Below the pieces are notes generated by a model. That model did no database searches and had not been told where the DNA came from. It was given only the letters and a program-made list of their open reading frames with translations. A stretch of DNA of 64,000 bases, taken from Candidatus Bathyarchaeota archaeon. Its GTDB lineage: Archaea > Thermoproteota > Bathyarchaeia > 40CM-2-53-6. Each line of letters starts with the position of its first letter. The first letter of the stretch is position 1. A program made the position numbers and the translations under genes. Positions 1 to 10,068 of this stretch are shown piece by piece. Location: positions 192,001-256,000 of the forward strand of contig CAVTBR010000002.1 of assembly GCA_963733055.1 (NCBI GenBank), given 5' to 3'.

Positions 1-1
1 G

Positions 2-976
2 GCACGCAGCGTAATGCCCATGTCTTAGTTCCAAGAGCTTCGGCTCTTCGACACTGCACTTTTCTTTTGCGTAAGGGCAGCGAGGGTGAAACCGGCAGCC
101 GGATGGCGGGTCAGCCAAATTCGATGCATAATCAACGTCAAGCTTAGCGGGTGCCATCTGGGAATTTTCAGATTGAGGCACCGATGCCAATAGAAGGTTT
201 GTGTAGTGGTGCAGCGGATGGTTGATCAAGTCGTCGGTTTCGGCGACTTCGACAATCTTGCCGAAGTACATTACTGCGATCCTAGCACTTATGTACCTTG
301 CAACTCCAAGGTCGTGCGTGATGAACAGGTAGGTCAGCCTCAGCTCTTCCTTAAGTGTCTGCAATAGATGCAGAACACCAAGCCTTATCGAAACATCGAG
401 CATTGAAACGGGTTCATCTGCAATCAGCAGGTCCGGTTCCAGAGATAGAGCTCTGGCGATTGCGACCCTCTGCCTCTCTCCTCCGCTAAGTTGGTGAGGG
501 TAGCGGTCCATTTTTGTTGCCGGGTCTAGCCCGACTAGCTTGAGCATTCTTTCCACGATGGCTGTACGGTCTTTCTTGGTTCGTGTGACGAGGCCGTGGA
601 TCACACTTGGTTCAACGATGCTGTCGAATACAGTTGAGTGTGGATTGAGGGATTCGTACGGGTCTTGAAATATCATTTGAACTCGTCGTCGTAATTGTTT
701 AGTTTCTTTTCTTGTCTGTTTGAAGATGTCTTGCCCGTGGTAGAGGATTTGTCCGCTTGTCGGTTGGGTCAGTTTGACGATTGTTCGGGCTAAGGTGGAT
801 TTGCCGCTTCCGCTTTCACCTACAAGTGAAAGAATTTCGCCTGGGGCGATGGATATGGTAACGTCGTCGACGGCGTGGATTATGATCTTTCGCCCAATGA
901 TTCCTTGTCTCTTTTGGAAGTACACCTTGAGGGCGCGAACCTCTAGAATCGGCGACGCTCCGGATCCGCCTGCCAT
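2..976 (-). CDS. oppF: Oligopeptide/dipeptide ABC transporter ATP-binding subunit (OppF/DppF), 3' end runs off the window edge
   Basis: Manual translation from ATG at 976 gives Walker A GESGSGKST, LSGGERQR, ADEPVSMLD and C-terminal GCRFHPRCPY...HYAAC; frame open to position 2. Confidence 0.92.
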   Translation of the reverse strand, partial: MAGGSGASPILEVRALKVYFQKRQGIIGRKIIIHAVDDVTISIAPGEILSLVGESGSGKSTLARTIVKLTQPTSGQILYHGQDIFKQTRKETKQLRRRVQMIFQDPYESLNPHSTVFDSIVEPSVIHGLVTRTKKDRTAIVERMLKLVGLDPATKMDRYPHQLSGGERQRVAIARALSLEPDLLIADEPVSMLDVSIRLGVLHLLQTLKEELRLTYLFITHDLGVARYISARIAVMYFGKIVEVAETDDLINHPLHHYTNLLLASVPQSENSQMAPAKLDVDYASNLADPPSGCRFHPRCPYAKEKCSVEEPKLLELRHGHYAAC

Positions 977-1051
977 TTCTTCGCGCTGTTGATTGGACAA
1001 ATGACTCGGGCTCAGAGATAGTTAGCGTTCCCTAGCGTGTGCTGAGAAGCA

Positions 1052-2053
1052 TTAAGCGTTTTCCGAGATGAGATGACAAGCCGCTTGTGATCCCGTCTTT
1101 GATCTCAGTAATTGAGGTTCTTTTTCCTTACACAAGTCGAAAGCATACTTACACCGAGGATGGAATCTGCAGCCGGTAGGCCATACTCCACTGGGCGGGT
1201 TCCCGGGGATGGAGGTGAGAGTCTGGCGGTCTCCGAATACTCTCGGGACTGAGTTTACAAGAGCTTCTGTGTAGGGATGCGACGGATGCTTCAGGACATC
1301 GTCTTTCTTGCCAATCTCAACAATTCTACCGGCATACATTATCGCGATTCTATCTGCAATCTCGGCGATCACCGATAGGTCGTGAGTTACGAATAGGAAA
1401 GAGACGCCGAGTTTCGCCTGTAGCCCTTTCAGAAGGATGAGGAGTTGCTTCTGAACTACGACATCTAATGCCGTGGTGGGTTCGTCTGCGATAACGAGAA
1501 GCGGGTTAAGCGCGAGAGCCATAGCAATTACGGTTCGCTGTTTCATACCTCCACTGAATTCGTGCGGGTAATTTCTTGCCCGAGAGGGGTGAATGGCTAC
1601 TGACGATAACAGTTGGGTTGTCATTTCCCAAGCTTGCCTTCTCGGAACTCGACCGTGTGCGGAAATCGCCTCGATTATTTGGTTTCCAATTTGCATCACG
1701 GGATCGAGCGAATTCATTGAGCCTTGGGGGATCAAGGACACCTGCTTCCATCGTAGGTTCCGAAGCTGTTCTTGGCTCATCGTTAGGATGTCTTCGCCGT
1801 TTATCAGAACCTGGCCTTCAGTTTGGGCGTTGGAGCTGAGTAGTCGAATGAGCGAGAGCGCTGTCGTGGTTTTTCCGCATGCTGACTCTCCGGCAAGCCC
1901 TAGCACCTCGCCTTTGTTTATCGTGAAGGAGATATCGTCGACGGCTTTCGTGAGACCGGCACGGGTCTTGTATGTTACGGAGAGATTCTTCACCTCAATT
2001 AATGCGGATTGGGTCAGTGGACTCTCGTTGCCTGGGGCCGTTTGAGGTGTCAA
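1052..2053 (-). CDS. oppD: Oligopeptide/dipeptide ABC transporter ATP-binding subunit (OppD/DppD)
   Basis: GESACGKTT, FSGGMKQR, ADEPTTALD, GCRFHPRC; probable TTG start overlapping the oppC stop. Confidence 0.92.
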   Translation of the reverse strand: MTPQTAPGNESPLTQSALIEVKNLSVTYKTRAGLTKAVDDISFTINKGEVLGLAGESACGKTTTALSLIRLLSSNAQTEGQVLINGEDILTMSQEQLRNLRWKQVSLIPQGSMNSLDPVMQIGNQIIEAISAHGRVPRRQAWEMTTQLLSSVAIHPSRARNYPHEFSGGMKQRTVIAMALALNPLLVIADEPTTALDVVVQKQLLILLKGLQAKLGVSFLFVTHDLSVIAEIADRIAIMYAGRIVEIGKKDDVLKHPSHPYTEALVNSVPRVFGDRQTLTSIPGNPPSGVWPTGCRFHPRCKYAFDLCKEKEPQLLRSKTGSQAACHLISENA

Positions 2054-2937
2054 AGGCTTCTCAACCTCGGGTTGAAGACGTCTTCGATTGATACGCTGAT
2101 AAGGACGAACGCGAGCCCGACTAAGATTATGCATAGACCTGGAGCGATAACCCACCACCAAGCGCCGTTGAAGAGAGCGTAAGCCTGCGCCCAGTACAGC
2201 ATCGTTCCCCAGCTCACAACGGTAATGTCCCCTAAACCTATGAAATCAAGCGCGGCCTCACCTACTATGGCTGTAGTTATCATGAGAACTGCATTCGCTG
2301 CTATGATGCTTGCCAAGTTTGGGAGCATCAGCTTGGTAATTATTCTGAAGTCACTGGCACCGACGACTCTCGCAGAGTCCGTGAATGGCCGCTCGCGAAG
2401 GGATAATGTCTGGGAGCGGACTACCCGTGCCACGGCAGGCCAGGAAGTAACGGTCAAAACTAGGATTACAGTTCGAAGGCTGGGACCGAGATAAGCTGCA
2501 AGTATGATCATGAGTGGTAGCGAGGGCAAAATAAGGACGATATCGGTTCCTCTCATTAGGATCTCGTCGATTGTACGCTTGTAATAGCCCGCCAAAACAC
2601 CCACAATGGTTCCGACTACTGAGGAAAGAGCGGCGACGATTAGACCAACCGCGATAGATACTCTCCCTCCGTAAATAATTTCGCTCAATATGTCCTCGCC
2701 TACGTAATCGGTGCCGAGTGGGAACCGCTGACTGGGGGGCGCGTAGGCTGGCCCTGGAGCGGGGAAGGCGTATGGAGAATATGGGGCTATGAGTGGAGCA
2801 GCTACAGCTAGGATCGCGAAGAATGCAATTATTCCGAACCCAACTTGGGCTCGCCGATGACGTAATACTTCAGAAAACATTGAGGGCCAATGGGACGCTA
2901 AACCTCGCAACCTTTTCTGCATCGTGGCTTGCTGCAA
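2050..2937 (-). CDS. oppC: Peptide ABC transporter permease (OppC/DppC)
   Basis: PLGTDYVGEDI motif, EAA-like loop (DSARVVGAS), multiple TM helices. Confidence 0.92.
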   Translation of the reverse strand: MQQATMQKRLRGLASHWPSMFSEVLRHRRAQVGFGIIAFFAILAVAAPLIAPYSPYAFPAPGPAYAPPSQRFPLGTDYVGEDILSEIIYGGRVSIAVGLIVAALSSVVGTIVGVLAGYYKRTIDEILMRGTDIVLILPSLPLMIILAAYLGPSLRTVILVLTVTSWPAVARVVRSQTLSLRERPFTDSARVVGASDFRIITKLMLPNLASIIAANAVLMITTAIVGEAALDFIGLGDITVVSWGTMLYWAQAYALFNGAWWWVIAPGLCIILVGLAFVLISVSIEDVFNPRLRSL

Positions 2938-2951
2938 GGTTTCAGATCACG

Positions 2952-3944
2952 TTAGTACTTTATCCGCGGATCGAGGAATGCGTAGAAAAGGTCGGCGAGA
3001 TAGTTCGCGGCGACTACCGTGAAAGATAAAATGAAGAAAAGGCCTTGCAGCAACGGATAGTCGTGAGCCAATACTGCTCTGTAGGTCAAGTACCCCACCC
3101 CAGGATAGGAGAAGACTATTTCGACCAGCAGTGCACCGCTGACGACGTAACCAAGGTTCAGTCCAATCAGGGTTATCATGGGAAGCATGGCGTTTCTGGC
3201 CGCGTGCCCAAAAAGGACGGCCCTTTCTCGCAGACCCTTTGCTCGAGCCATGAGAATGTAGTCCTGTGACAGTTCACCGACCATTGTGTTTCGCATAATC
3301 AGCGAGTAACCCGCGTACGATGCAATGACCAATGTCATCATAGGCAAGGACGCATGCCACAGAATATCACTCGCATCAGTGAGAACCAACGGGTTGCTGG
3401 CGGTTATGCCACCTGAGGCGGCTCCGGAAACCGGAAACCAATGAAGTGTGATTGCGAAGATCCATAAGAGAATGATTCCGAGCCAGAAGAAAGGCATCGT
3501 CCAGAATAGCATGGAAATTGACATGGTGGCGGTGTCAAACTTGCTTCCGGGACGAGAGCCACTCCAGACCCCCAACAAGATGCCTAGAATGGCGGTAATA
3601 ACCGTAGAGACTCCGACCAGGAAAAGCGTCCAAGGCAAGTATTGCATTATTGTCGTGAACACTGGCGATGGATAGAAAAGATATGAGACTCCAAAGTTTG
3701 GCGGCCATGAGAGAGTATTTGTTAGATATAGCGTGAATTGAATCCACACTGGTTTGTCCAGTCCGAATCTTCGCGTGAGGGCCGCCATGGCTTGAGGCGA
3801 TGAAATTATGTGTGGATTAGCGAAGTAAATTAACGGACTTCCAGGCATCATGCGAGGTATTAGAAAGTTGATGCAGACGACCGCGAAAAGTGTGAGCGCG
3901 GCGTAGATCGTACGCCGTAGCACATACTGGCCGCTGACTCGCAA
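2952..3944 (-). CDS. oppB: Peptide ABC transporter permease (OppB/DppB)
   Basis: FGLDKP, YILMARAKGL EAA loop, DYPLLQG, LDPRI C-terminus. Confidence 0.92.
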   Translation of the reverse strand: MRVSGQYVLRRTIYAALTLFAVVCINFLIPRMMPGSPLIYFANPHIISSPQAMAALTRRFGLDKPVWIQFTLYLTNTLSWPPNFGVSYLFYPSPVFTTIMQYLPWTLFLVGVSTVITAILGILLGVWSGSRPGSKFDTATMSISMLFWTMPFFWLGIILLWIFAITLHWFPVSGAASGGITASNPLVLTDASDILWHASLPMMTLVIASYAGYSLIMRNTMVGELSQDYILMARAKGLRERAVLFGHAARNAMLPMITLIGLNLGYVVSGALLVEIVFSYPGVGYLTYRAVLAHDYPLLQGLFFILSFTVVAANYLADLFYAFLDPRIKY

Positions 3945-3954
3945 CTAGTTTCGC

Positions 3955-5790
3955 TTAGGCGCTTTTTCTCTTTCGCGCATATAGCCCTACGGCGATCAGT
4001 GCGATCACAACGACCAATCCGCCGACGATATAGGGCGTCATGTCAGCGCCGCCTGAGGGAGTGATACTTGAAGTGGAACTCATGCTGGTTGGCTGGGCGC
4101 TTAGGCTGTATATGCTTGCAAGCGCAGTCATGTTGAACATTCCCCCAGGCCAATCCATCGTGCTCGGGGGTGATGGCCATCCGCCGAAGCTCGCGGTGTT
4201 GTACACCCAGACTGAGTCAACGTAGAAGAGTGTCAATGATGGCAGGGTCTCGGCGACGATGCTCTGCAGCTTTTGCATGAGTTGTGCTCGTCCGGTAGCG
4301 GTTCCTTCGGAGACCAATTGCTTCAATGTAGCGTTGTATTCAGTTCCTACACTGGTGGGCCAGAAGACCGGTTGCGTTAAAGGCGGTCCTGTCCCGAACC
4401 CGTCGAACGAGTAGTCGAAGAGTAACTCCGAATTCGGGTAGCCGTAATTCTGTTCGTGGAAGTACATGTTCGTCCCCTTAGCCCAAATCGTCGACATGGA
4501 GGTAGTCGCTATCGATTGAACCTGGGCGTCGATCCCTACCGCTCTGAAGTACTGAACAAGCCTGTTGCCGGCTGTGACGATTGGCTGGGCTTCCGCGGGA
4601 GCGTAGACCGTCGGTGTGAACGTTGTTCCGTCTGGCAACTTCCAGAATCCGTCACTACCCTTGGTCCACCCGGGTAGAGAACCTAGAAGTTGTTGCGCCA
4701 TCTGGGGGTTATAGTCGTACTGAGGAACGCTTGAGTTGAATTCAGGTGAGTTCTCCCAGGGGATGTAACCCGAGTTCCCGGGTGAGCCGTAACCTGCCAA
4801 GGCGGTCTGGACGAGGTCCGTCTTGTTAATAGAATATGCCATTGCCTTCCGGAAGTCACTCATGTTATACGGATAATTCCACACAGGGTATTCGAGGTTC
4901 CACGTGTCTGGCGTTGGGCCGTATGTGGCTTTGAAGTTGGGATTGGACGTTAGGCCCGCAACGTCAGAGGGTGATACGGGTGCCGCATCAATTTGACCGC
5001 CCTTCAACATGAGCGACAGGTCCGCGGTGGTGGGGACGAGTAGAACTACCACTTTGTCCAAATATGGGACGCCTTTCTCGTCGCCTCCGAACGGTGATCC
5101 GTATGTGTTTGGAAGAAGAACGACTTGGGAATCACCTTGTGTGTAATTCGAGACGTAATATGCACCCGCGCTGACGAGGGTTCCGAAGTTAGGGCCCGGC
5201 GCAGTACCGTTCATGATATAGGTGTTCCAAACATGGTAGGGCACAAGGTTTGGAGTGTTCTCAGCTCCAACGATGTCGCCAAGCGTACCGAACGGCTGGT
5301 TGAGGTCCACCTCTACGACGGTCGCGTTTACGGGTTTGATTGAACTATCAATGCTGCCCGCCAGATAGCTTGAGTAAAGCGATAAGCTACCGGCACCCCA
5401 AGTGAAGGTCGAAAACATGAGTTTGAGCGAGTAGGCTAAGTCTGTGGAGTTTACCGGGACACCGTCAGACCATGTCATACCCGAACGTAGCATGAAGAAC
5501 CATGTAGTAGCCTGTGCGTTGGACCAATAATTCGACACAGCAACGTGCATGAGTCCCGTACTCACGGGGACGCCGAGGTCCGGGTAAACCATCTGGTTGA
5601 AGTACCAAGCCTGGTAGGACGACGTCAGAAACTGGGAGAAATTATCAATCGTGTTCGGCAGCGCGAGGTGAAGGGTCCCGCCGTGTTGAATCATCTGCGC
5701 ATAGGCAGGCATGAAGGTGGCTGACAGCAATATCGAATTTACAAGAACAGCTACAATCAATAACCGAACTCTGGAGCCCAACAGTCTCAA
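3955..5790 (-). CDS. oppA: ABC transporter substrate-binding protein, family 5, with C-terminal membrane anchor
   Basis: Signal peptide, LRSGMTWSDG, FRKAMAYSINK, Ser/Thr linker then TM helix and basic tail. Confidence 0.9.
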   Translation of the reverse strand: MRLLGSRVRLLIVAVLVNSILLSATFMPAYAQMIQHGGTLHLALPNTIDNFSQFLTSSYQAWYFNQMVYPDLGVPVSTGLMHVAVSNYWSNAQATTWFFMLRSGMTWSDGVPVNSTDLAYSLKLMFSTFTWGAGSLSLYSSYLAGSIDSSIKPVNATVVEVDLNQPFGTLGDIVGAENTPNLVPYHVWNTYIMNGTAPGPNFGTLVSAGAYYVSNYTQGDSQVVLLPNTYGSPFGGDEKGVPYLDKVVVLLVPTTADLSLMLKGGQIDAAPVSPSDVAGLTSNPNFKATYGPTPDTWNLEYPVWNYPYNMSDFRKAMAYSINKTDLVQTALAGYGSPGNSGYIPWENSPEFNSSVPQYDYNPQMAQQLLGSLPGWTKGSDGFWKLPDGTTFTPTVYAPAEAQPIVTAGNRLVQYFRAVGIDAQVQSIATTSMSTIWAKGTNMYFHEQNYGYPNSELLFDYSFDGFGTGPPLTQPVFWPTSVGTEYNATLKQLVSEGTATGRAQLMQKLQSIVAETLPSLTLFYVDSVWVYNTASFGGWPSPPSTMDWPGGMFNMTALASIYSLSAQPTSMSSTSSITPSGGADMTPYIVGGLVVVIALIAVGLYARKRKSA

Positions 5791-5985
5791 CCTGTACGAA
5801 AGGTCAGGTGGCTTTCTGGATGTATTTAAGACTAAGCGTTGTGAGCCCGGAGGGCATTTACCAGTTCAAACCTACCAAGGAGACTAGTTCGTCAATCAGA
5901 AATTGTATCAGCCAATTCCAAATGGTGAAATTCCTAACGAACCCTTATTTCCGAAAGGCGTTAGGGAATCAGGAAGTTGGTTTGA

Positions 5986-6810
5986 ATGGATTCGGATTCT
6001 CTAATTAGACTAGGGCTTGAGAGTAAGGTTGTAATTGTCACAGGCGCGGCACGTGGGATCGGAGAAGCGATCGCCAGGGCTTTTGGACATTCACAATGTA
6101 ACGTGGTCATTGCCGATAGAATGAGACGCACTGACGGACGCAAGAGATGCGAAGCACTCGCCGATGACATCACAAAAGCAGGCGGCTACGCGTTCGTCTT
6201 CCAGCTCGACATAAGCGATCGAGCCCAAATAGAGAAGATGCTTGAGATCACACTCCAGAAATTCGGAAGGGTCGACGTGCTAGTGTGTAACGCCTCGATA
6301 ATGAAGGGAGGATCCCTGATTGATATGGATGAAAAGAATCTTCAAGAACATTTTGAAGTTAACGTAAAGGGCTGTTTCAACTGCAGCCAACTCATTGCAA
6401 AACAGATGATCAAGCAAGGTGGTGGTGGGAGGATCATCATAATCTCATCTATCGACGGAATGGGGGCGGAAGAAGGCGTCCTCGCATACTCTTCCAGCAA
6501 AGCCTCATTGATCATGATGACCAAATGCATGGCCGTGGAACTCGCGAGTCACAAAATAACCGTCAACACGATCGCGCCAGGATGGGTCGAAACTGATATG
6601 ACCGTCCCTTATCTCAACGAAGCGTTGATCAAGGAACTCAGGAACCGAATACCTTTGGGATACATGGCTAAACCCGGACAAATCGCCGGAGGCGCACTCT
6701 TCTTGGCCTCACCGTTAGCAGACTACGTTACTGGGCAGGTCTTGGTTATTGACGGCGGCCTGACGTCTAACTTGACGATCAAGGCGGGGCAAGGGACGGT
6801 TCAATACTAA
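5986..6810 (+). CDS. SDR family NAD(P)-dependent oxidoreductase (FabG-like)
   Basis: TGAARGIG, YSSSK catalytic motif, VNTIAPG, IDGG. Confidence 0.93.
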   Translation: MDSDSLIRLGLESKVVIVTGAARGIGEAIARAFGHSQCNVVIADRMRRTDGRKRCEALADDITKAGGYAFVFQLDISDRAQIEKMLEITLQKFGRVDVLVCNASIMKGGSLIDMDEKNLQEHFEVNVKGCFNCSQLIAKQMIKQGGGGRIIIISSIDGMGAEEGVLAYSSSKASLIMMTKCMAVELASHKITVNTIAPGWVETDMTVPYLNEALIKELRNRIPLGYMAKPGQIAGGALFLASPLADYVTGQVLVIDGGLTSNLTIKAGQGTVQY

Positions 6811-6924
6811 GGCGACCCCCTCTCCCCTCGTAACACTCGGCGGTTTCAATCGCTTAGCCGCTCACCTACAGGGCGGGATTATGGACATGATCCCGCGGGA
6901 ACAGGTACATATCCTGGGATAAGG

Positions 6925-7049
6925 TTAGTTGGGTAGTACAGGATCCCTCAAATTCAGAACGAGCAGGGTAATCGCGAAGGCGAACACACCATCACTGAAT
7001 GCTTCGAGCCGCACACAGTCTCCTTCTCTCTTAGGTTTTCAATACTCAT
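6925..7049 (-). pseudogene. Truncated TMEM175/DUF1211 potassium-channel remnant
   Basis: Encodes RLEAFSDGVFAFAITLLVL (TMEM175 first-helix signature), frameshifted near 7012-7016 and stopping after ~40 codons. Confidence 0.7.
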
Positions 7050-7146
7050 GGACGATCACTGATTAATTGAATTCCGAATTATCGCCTTCGAGATATTCGT
7101 TTTGCAAGCTATGCAGATACCGTGAATCATCGAAAAGCGGAGTGGG

Positions 7147-8355
7147 TTAAATGAGAAACTTAACGACACCGATGACAGTGCCGATCAAAATTACCCACAT
7201 GGAGTTCACATGGAAACGAATTAGCAGAATCGAACTCACAATGAGTATGCCAATCGTTAACACGTCGACCAGAGCAGACACAGCAAGTTCGTAAGTTACA
7301 AAAACCATCAACGCCAAAGATGCAACAATCACGCCATCAAGGAATGCTCCTGCGACCGGAGAACTCCGAATGCGTGGAATGAGCGGACCGCTAATCGCTA
7401 CGGCAACAAACGCCGGAAGAAAAATACCTACCGTAGCGACTAGTCCACCTACTGGGCCTGCTAGGATAAAGCCGATGAACGTTGCCGTTGTGAAGACGGG
7501 CCCAGGAGTCACTTGACCAACAATAATCGCATCCAGAAGCTGAGAGACGGTTATCCAATGCAAGTGTGTAACCAGTTCTGCTTGTAGAAATGCTAACAGT
7601 ACGTAGCCGCTTCCGAATACTACCGATCCCATTTTCAAGAAAACCAGGAACAACGACCATAAGCCGAACTTGGTAGAGGACGGTTCAATAATTGCCGCCC
7701 CGCTCGCTAACGCATAAGCTAGAACTGGAATCGAAAACAGAAGGCAAAGCGAGAGAATACTCGCCCTCTTCTTCCTTGCATTCGCAAACCATCGGCCAAG
7801 GCCGGTGACGCTTCCTAATCCGAAAATAGTTAGGATTGGGTTTACGCCTAGAGCGCTCAGAGCTAAACCTCCAGCGCCAATTATTAGCAGGTATTTCGTT
7901 TTGACCGCTGAACGCCCTAGGTTCCACAGCGCCTGCAGAATGATTGCGATGACAACCGGTTTGACGCCGTAAAGGATACTGACGACCTGCGGTAGTGAAC
8001 CGTACTGAACGTAGATCCATGCGAGGGCGGTTACGATGAGTGAAGCGGGAAGAATGAAACAGACTCCCGCGAGGACAAGGCCAACCCATCCCGCCTGAAC
8101 ATAGCCAATATAGATTGCCAACTCTGTAGAGCTTGGACCGGGAATTAGGTTAGCTGCACCTAACAGATCTAGGAACTTCTCCCTCGACAGCCAGTGTCGG
8201 CGACGAACCGTCTCCTCCTCCATCATGGCTATGTGTGCGGCCGGTCCGCCGAAGGCTATGAATCCAAGCTTAAGAAAATAGACGGCAATGTCCCTTAGAG
8301 ATGCTGACCCCTCCGCCACTTTACGCAACCCGCCTCCTTTGAAGTCCATATTCAT
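7147..8355 (-). CDS. chrA: Chromate efflux transporter
   Basis: FLKLGFIAFGGPAAH, IPGPSS, second half FGSGY and VTPGP motifs. Confidence 0.93.
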   Translation of the reverse strand: MNMDFKGGGLRKVAEGSASLRDIAVYFLKLGFIAFGGPAAHIAMMEEETVRRRHWLSREKFLDLLGAANLIPGPSSTELAIYIGYVQAGWVGLVLAGVCFILPASLIVTALAWIYVQYGSLPQVVSILYGVKPVVIAIILQALWNLGRSAVKTKYLLIIGAGGLALSALGVNPILTIFGLGSVTGLGRWFANARKKRASILSLCLLFSIPVLAYALASGAAIIEPSSTKFGLWSLFLVFLKMGSVVFGSGYVLLAFLQAELVTHLHWITVSQLLDAIIVGQVTPGPVFTTATFIGFILAGPVGGLVATVGIFLPAFVAVAISGPLIPRIRSSPVAGAFLDGVIVASLALMVFVTYELAVSALVDVLTIGILIVSSILLIRFHVNSMWVILIGTVIGVVKFLI

Positions 8356-8577
8356 CCTAAATTATTGACTGGTGTGAGAAGGCAGAATCCCATACTCGGA
8401 GGAGAGTGACGAACTCTGGAACTGCGGTTGACAAAGGTGAGTTTTCTGAACGAGAGAATACTGTGCTTCAGTGGCTTACCCTTGCACGGTCCACGCCGCT
8501 CGCTGGGCTGTGCTTATAGAGAGGTGGAAATTGTCGAAATATCTCTAACAGATAGTTTGGCAAAGTGCATACTGTGA

Positions 8578-8781
8578 TTGAATATGAGCACAGCCACCGT
8601 TCTTGAATCGGAAGAAGCGCAAAATCAGCGCAACAAAATGACCGAAGATCAGTTGAGACTTATGTCCGCCGGTCATGCTGACTCCGGTGAATGCAGCTGT
8701 AGTAGATGTAATTGCCCCCATGCCGCTGAACAGAATCACTGGGTCATAGGTGAGCAAGTATTCTGTTCCGCAGTGCGATGA
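8578..8781 (+). CDS. Small Cys/His-rich putative metal-binding protein (metallothionein-like), possibly frameshifted at its 3' end
   Basis: CSCSRCNC...FC motif; an alternative frame continues QCDDLCLAHPLD. Confidence 0.45.
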   Translation: MNMSTATVLESEEAQNQRNKMTEDQLRLMSAGHADSGECSCSRCNCPHAAEQNHWVIGEQVFCSAVR

Positions 8782-8879
8782 CTTGTGCCTAGCACACCCA
8801 CTAGACTGAAGTATCTTCGTAGCCCTCGACTAAGACTCGTCCAAACGTGCTTCGCAGCGCAAAAGAGCTAATCCGGATA

Positions 8880-8906
8880 GAATGGCGCCGGGAGAGGGAT
8901 TTGAAC
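8880..8906 (-). repeat. 27-bp direct repeat of the tRNA-Ser 3' end (att-like)
   Basis: GAATGGCGCCGGGAGAGGGATTTGAAC is identical to 9858-9884. Confidence 0.85.
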
Positions 8907-9066
8907 TAAAGGTTCAAGCTCCCTACACTCTCGGACTGTTCAACATCCATACAAAGAGACCTGCACGACGCGCTCGACCAGTCTAAATCCGGTTTTCCGC
9001 ATCATTAGACCCACACACACGAAAACCCTAAACCATGAAACCACATCTAATAGCCCGTGTCTTGCT

Positions 9067-9768
9067 GTGCCAAGGATTCCGCTCATTGACGATCTCACCG
9101 ACAGTCAAATCCCGCTTGGCTCTAACATTCTAGTTGAGTTCGATCCTACGTCGCAATGGTACAATACAGCCCTCACCATAGCAGCCGGCTGGATGAAAGA
9201 GGGTGGCACCGTGTACTATCACGATTACAGCCAACCGCCAGACAAGATTCGCCTGAAGCTTCAACGATCAGGACTTCAGGTAGAAGCCCTCGAAAAGCAG
9301 GAGAAACTTCGAATATACGATTGGTACACCGGCCAACTAGGACAGAAATCCAAAGAGAAGTTCGCTGTCCCTTCAATGAAGATAGCCGACTTGAGCATAT
9401 GGATCTTGAAAGACTGGATGCCTAGCACTCCAAAATCTGAAGTTCTGGAAGTCTCTGATAATACTTCGGCTGTGGCAAGGTTCAACGATGAGAAGGTTTG
9501 GGTTGAATACGTGCTCACCCGTATTCTTCCAACATCCTCCCTGACAAAGACCATTGACCTTCGCGGCATGATGAAGGGGGTTCACAGCGATTGGGCATAC
9601 AAACAGCTTGAAGGCGCGCACGATGGTGTAATCGATTTCAAAGTTGAAGAAGTGTCTGGGCAATGGAGGAACTTTATCTCTGTTAGGATTTTGCGCGATG
9701 TAGGTTTCGATGGACAACGGCGTCAGCTAAGAACTCTGGAAAACCTCGAAGTCACCTTTGAGAAATAA
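9067..9768 (+). CDS. RAD55/KaiC-like RecA-fold protein with degenerate Walker A
   Basis: IPLIDDL...IPLGSNILVEFDP N-terminus, IYDWY, DGVIDF; lacks GxxGxGKT. Confidence 0.7.
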   Translation: MPRIPLIDDLTDSQIPLGSNILVEFDPTSQWYNTALTIAAGWMKEGGTVYYHDYSQPPDKIRLKLQRSGLQVEALEKQEKLRIYDWYTGQLGQKSKEKFAVPSMKIADLSIWILKDWMPSTPKSEVLEVSDNTSAVARFNDEKVWVEYVLTRILPTSSLTKTIDLRGMMKGVHSDWAYKQLEGAHDGVIDFKVEEVSGQWRNFISVRILRDVGFDGQRRQLRTLENLEVTFEK

Positions 9769-9860
9769 TAACGGGGCCTGCGTTCTTCGTTTAGTGTGGG
9801 CGCACCAGCCGACCCGCACACACACGAAAAATCTGTGGATACTGAAAAAATGATTGCGAA

Positions 9861-9977
9861 TGGCGCCGGGAGAGGGATTTGAACCCTCGAGGCCCCAAAG
9901 GACCACAGGCTTACGGTTCCATGATTCCAGGCTTAGGTTTCGAGAATCTGCCCCTTACCAGGCTAGGGAACCCCGGC
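9861..9977 (-). tRNA. tRNA-Ser(GGA) with two predicted introns (9933-9947 at 29/30; 9912-9924 at 37/38)
   Basis: GCCGGGG/TCCCGGC acceptor, G discriminator, encoded CCA, long variable arm, TTCAAAT loop; stem CAGGC/GCCTG is restored only after removing both inserts. Confidence 0.8.
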
Positions 9978-10068
9978 TCTTGAGATTTAAAAACCCCAAG
10001 CCGAATTTAAGCCTGCTCGCGCAGCTACGGAAAACTGCGCACTCCATTCCGCGACGAAGATATGGGAT

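Noticed and set aside
8880-8906. Split tRNA 3' half
   Set aside because: Starts within the T-arm, has no complementary leader or partner half, and matches the nearby full tRNA as an att duplication would
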